Below, piece by piece: positions 61,001 through 64,000 of a DNA stretch of 64,000 nt; the first letter of the stretch is position 1, and each line of letters begins with the position of its first letter. Below the pieces are notes generated by a model. The model saw only the letters and a program-made list of their open reading frames with translations. It was not told where the DNA came from and searched no databases. The DNA comes from Podarcis muralis (lineage: Eukaryota). The stretch is taken from assembly GCF_964188315.1 (NCBI RefSeq), contig NC_135655.1, positions 52,514,001 through 52,578,000 on the forward strand, read 5' to 3'. A program made the translations under genes and the position numbers.

Positions 61001-61646
61001 TAATGCAGCTTGCAACAGATGGGGCAGGGCAAATGAATAATTCCAGTGTTGGGGAGTGAAAGAACAATATTAGCAATAAGTTACATGAACCAGTAGGGGG
61101 AGATAGAAAAGCAACATGTCCGTCCTTTCTGCTTTAGGAAGTACTTGTTGGTAAAGTAGATTATTTCCTTTCAGGCTTTTACATCCTTCCTGCTTCTTAT
61201 CCAAATTCAGTTAGTCCAAGTGTGAATTAGTATGCGATAGTGTTAATTTATTGGCTTCATCCTTGGCCATTTCACACGAGATGTCTAAACATCATCATCA
61301 TACCAGGTGTCTAAACAGAGGAGATAGCAATGACAAAAAGTCTTCTTAGAAGTTTCTACCTATTTTTAAAAAATTGCTTTAGTCATTTGAATTAGGCAAA
61401 AACAACTCCTTGGAATGACATAGAATGGCAGAAAATGCCTTAATCCATGGAGATTACTCCAGATCTGGACGGTGCTACTGGTTTCACCTATCTTTGGCCA
61501 AAGAGCGTAAACTAAGTGTAATGTCGGGTTGCCACTGTATTGGTAGTTTATGGTCCGAATCCGGGAAATACATGCAAATGTCTTAAAGTTTCCTTTTATT
61601 GCAAAGCAGTCTCCAGTGGTGTGTATGTCAGCACAAGATTTCATAC

Positions 61647-61707
61647 CTTGGCCTACTGTACTTGCGCTTCTGCGAATGTTCGTTGAAAAGTGGGCAGGAA
61701 TCAGAAG
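61647..61707 (-). CDS. Candidate 61-nt coding exon of an unidentified gene (xSDSCPLFNEHSQKRKYSRP[R])
   Basis: Minus strand cttcacttatatttgttacaattcag|CTTCTGATTCC..AGTAGGCCAAG|gtatga. Strong donor, open phase-1 to phase-2 frame, retained CpGs, and UGCAUG 70 nt downstream. Confidence 0.5.
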
Positions 61708-64000
61708 CTGAATTGTAACAAATATAAGTGAAGTCATGGGAATAGCATAAATCGGTAGAGGAGGAGGAAAGAGAAGGTTTTGAGAAATATTTATGTTGTG
61801 ATCACACTCTCTTTTGCTTTCTAGCCCAGAAATCGGTCGTTTTTCAAATCCTGCTGCTAATCTCAGCTTTCATTTTAAAACTGTGTTCTACTGTGCTACC
61901 AAGTAGCAGGGAGATTTTCAGAATTGCCCTAGAGAAACAATTAGGGATATTTTTCTTCCATATATCACAGCTGCTGAAGTGTTACATACCATGTTTTCTT
62001 TTTCTTCTAGTGTCTTTCGAAATGTTGTCATTTGTTGGCTGGCTGGGTACATGGAGCAAGGCCAGTGTTGCATGAGCACATAATCCTTGTAGGTCTGTTT
62101 TCCGTTGGCACAACATGGCATTTGAAAAACAAAAACAAATATTTGCTTCTCTTCACTGGACAATATATGCAGCAGGATTGAAAACTACCTACCAGTTATA
62201 GATATGGGAAATTGCTCCACAAGTTGGATGAATCAACTGGATGATTCAGTCTAACCTATGTCTAACCTACACTGAAGTTTGTTAAGGGTGTTGGGAATTG
62301 TAGCTCTGTGAGTGGGGAACTACGGTTCCCAAGATACTTTGAGATACTTCTACTGTATAAATGTATGGTATGTACATAGCCTAAAATTGGGCCACCCACT
62401 CACATGCACATTGGAAGGTGTTGGTATTTTTCACACAGCCGAAGGTAGAAGCTTTGAGTTGACTCTGTAGGCCCAAAACATCCATGGCACAGCTATGGAG
62501 TGAGTATACTTTATATCACTGGCTGTTGAGGGGACTGCTGCTTGGGTTGTGTGTGAGTTTGGTTACTGCCCTGTTACACTTTCCCAGCTCTGTGACATAG
62601 TTGGGCACTTTTCCAGTTTAATGTAGAAATATTTTGTATTTATTTTTGTTCAGGTTGCCCAAAGGCTTTACGGGGCATACATTTCCCATGAATGGAATGT
62701 TATTAGTGTTAGTAATATTGAATAACACCTGAAAGAGCAATGAGCAGCAAGCAAACACCAATTTTGTCTCCACAGGGAAAGGATTGCATAGTTACTTCCC
62801 ATTCTCTAAAATGCCATCTGTTTTGCTAGTTACTAAGGAAAGAAAGGAGAAAAATATTCAAAAGACTTGAAGTTTTTCATTAGAGAACCTCTGTTTAGGA
62901 AAAGAAAAACACGAAAAAACACATAAACATTGAAACTTTGAATGGTTCGCCTGCATTATACTTGTTGAAAGTGAAGACAGACAGATAATCACAAATTGAT
63001 GTTTGATCACCTTTGGACTTTATCATATTCTAAATGCCATTCTATATCCCACACGACTTTGTTTATCCCTGGAATCTTCCATAGGTCAATGTGCTATCAA
63101 AGCCAGATTTGCTGCAGAGAATTTCAAAAACTTGACATGGGAACATATCCACACATCCATGTGTGAAATATGTATGGTATGTGTTGCTTTCACGGCACTG
63201 TCCTGCCTACAGAAGACAACTCTATTAAGCCACTAATCCAAAGCTAACAATGTTCCAAATGTCCATGATCTCATGAGCAAAGTCTGTCCACGCTTCAGTG
63301 TTTCCATTTTCACACAGTCTCCCTACCAACACCAACACCACGCTTTGCTGCTGTGTGGTTGGGTTCACTCATCCTGAGCTAATGGAAGAAATCTTGCACA
63401 TTAGAACCACCAAGCTCTTTCAACAAGTTCTGATAAATTCCAAGAGTCAGTGAGCATAATCTTTCATTAGCAATCTGGATAAGTGAGGCCCTGATGTTCT
63501 TCACAGGATTGGGCCCTGTAGGATTCCATATGTTCACCAATCTGGCTGTTCTTTGGCTCAGTGTAACATCACATTTGCAAAATGCCCTTTTTCCTGTAAG
63601 CGAAATGCTATCCCAATAAACCTGCTCTTTCTCCTTGATTAGGTGAGATTTCTGCTCTCATCTTTGGGTAGCCTTTGCTGTTGCCTTCACTTTTACTTTC
63701 AGTGGCACATCTGGCTGAAGAGGATGGATGTGATGGGGGCTGAGGTGGTTCCTTTTAATTTCCTTTTTGTATCTTGTAACTTGCAGAAGGAAACAGACAA
63801 GAACAAACCAATACTCCTGCCACTGATCCTCTACAATGAAATCTCACAGGGAATATTTTTTGTTGTGAGTATTGTATTAGCTGGTGCTTTTTCCCTTAAG
63901 CTGGGAAGCATTCAAGTCACTTCAGAGTCTCAGCATTTAATAGAAGGAGAGGGGGGAGTCCAAGACACTAGCACTTTGCTATTAAAGCAAACCTGAAGAT

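Noticed and set aside
61366-61737. 123-aa minus-strand ORF as a single-exon gene
   Set aside because: No homology recognised. The better-supported reading is a 61-nt spliced exon in a different frame.

Overview
Vertebrate genomic DNA, almost certainly squamate and most likely a lacertid lizard, judged from the Sauria SINE, Squam2/Squam3-like SINE and Bov-B content. No intact protein-coding gene is recognisable. Nearly all ORFs in the track are chance ORFs, antisense ORFs of repeats, or decayed LINE reverse-transcriptase fragments (CR1, L2, Bov-B, L1). The window is a mosaic of SINEs, truncated LINEs, a probable solo LTR, Penelope remnants, microsatellites, a 144-N assembly gap, and many non-autonomous DNA transposons (hAT with 8-bp TSDs, Tigger/pogo-type with TA TSDs, Harbinger-like palindromic MITEs). 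A few small minus-strand segments (61647-61707, 31782-31830, more weakly 34302-34361 and an acceptor at 492) have good splice signals and compatible phases. This suggests the window lies in large introns near the 3' end of a gene I cannot name. The most unusual object is a young, CpG-rich 1.36-kb Tc2/pogo-type MITE (53818-55177). Its interior holds two different tandem arrays (119-bp and 128-bp units) built almost entirely of near-perfect hairpins. Family names come from recalled consensus motifs, not database searches. Coordinates of old degenerate repeats are approximate.
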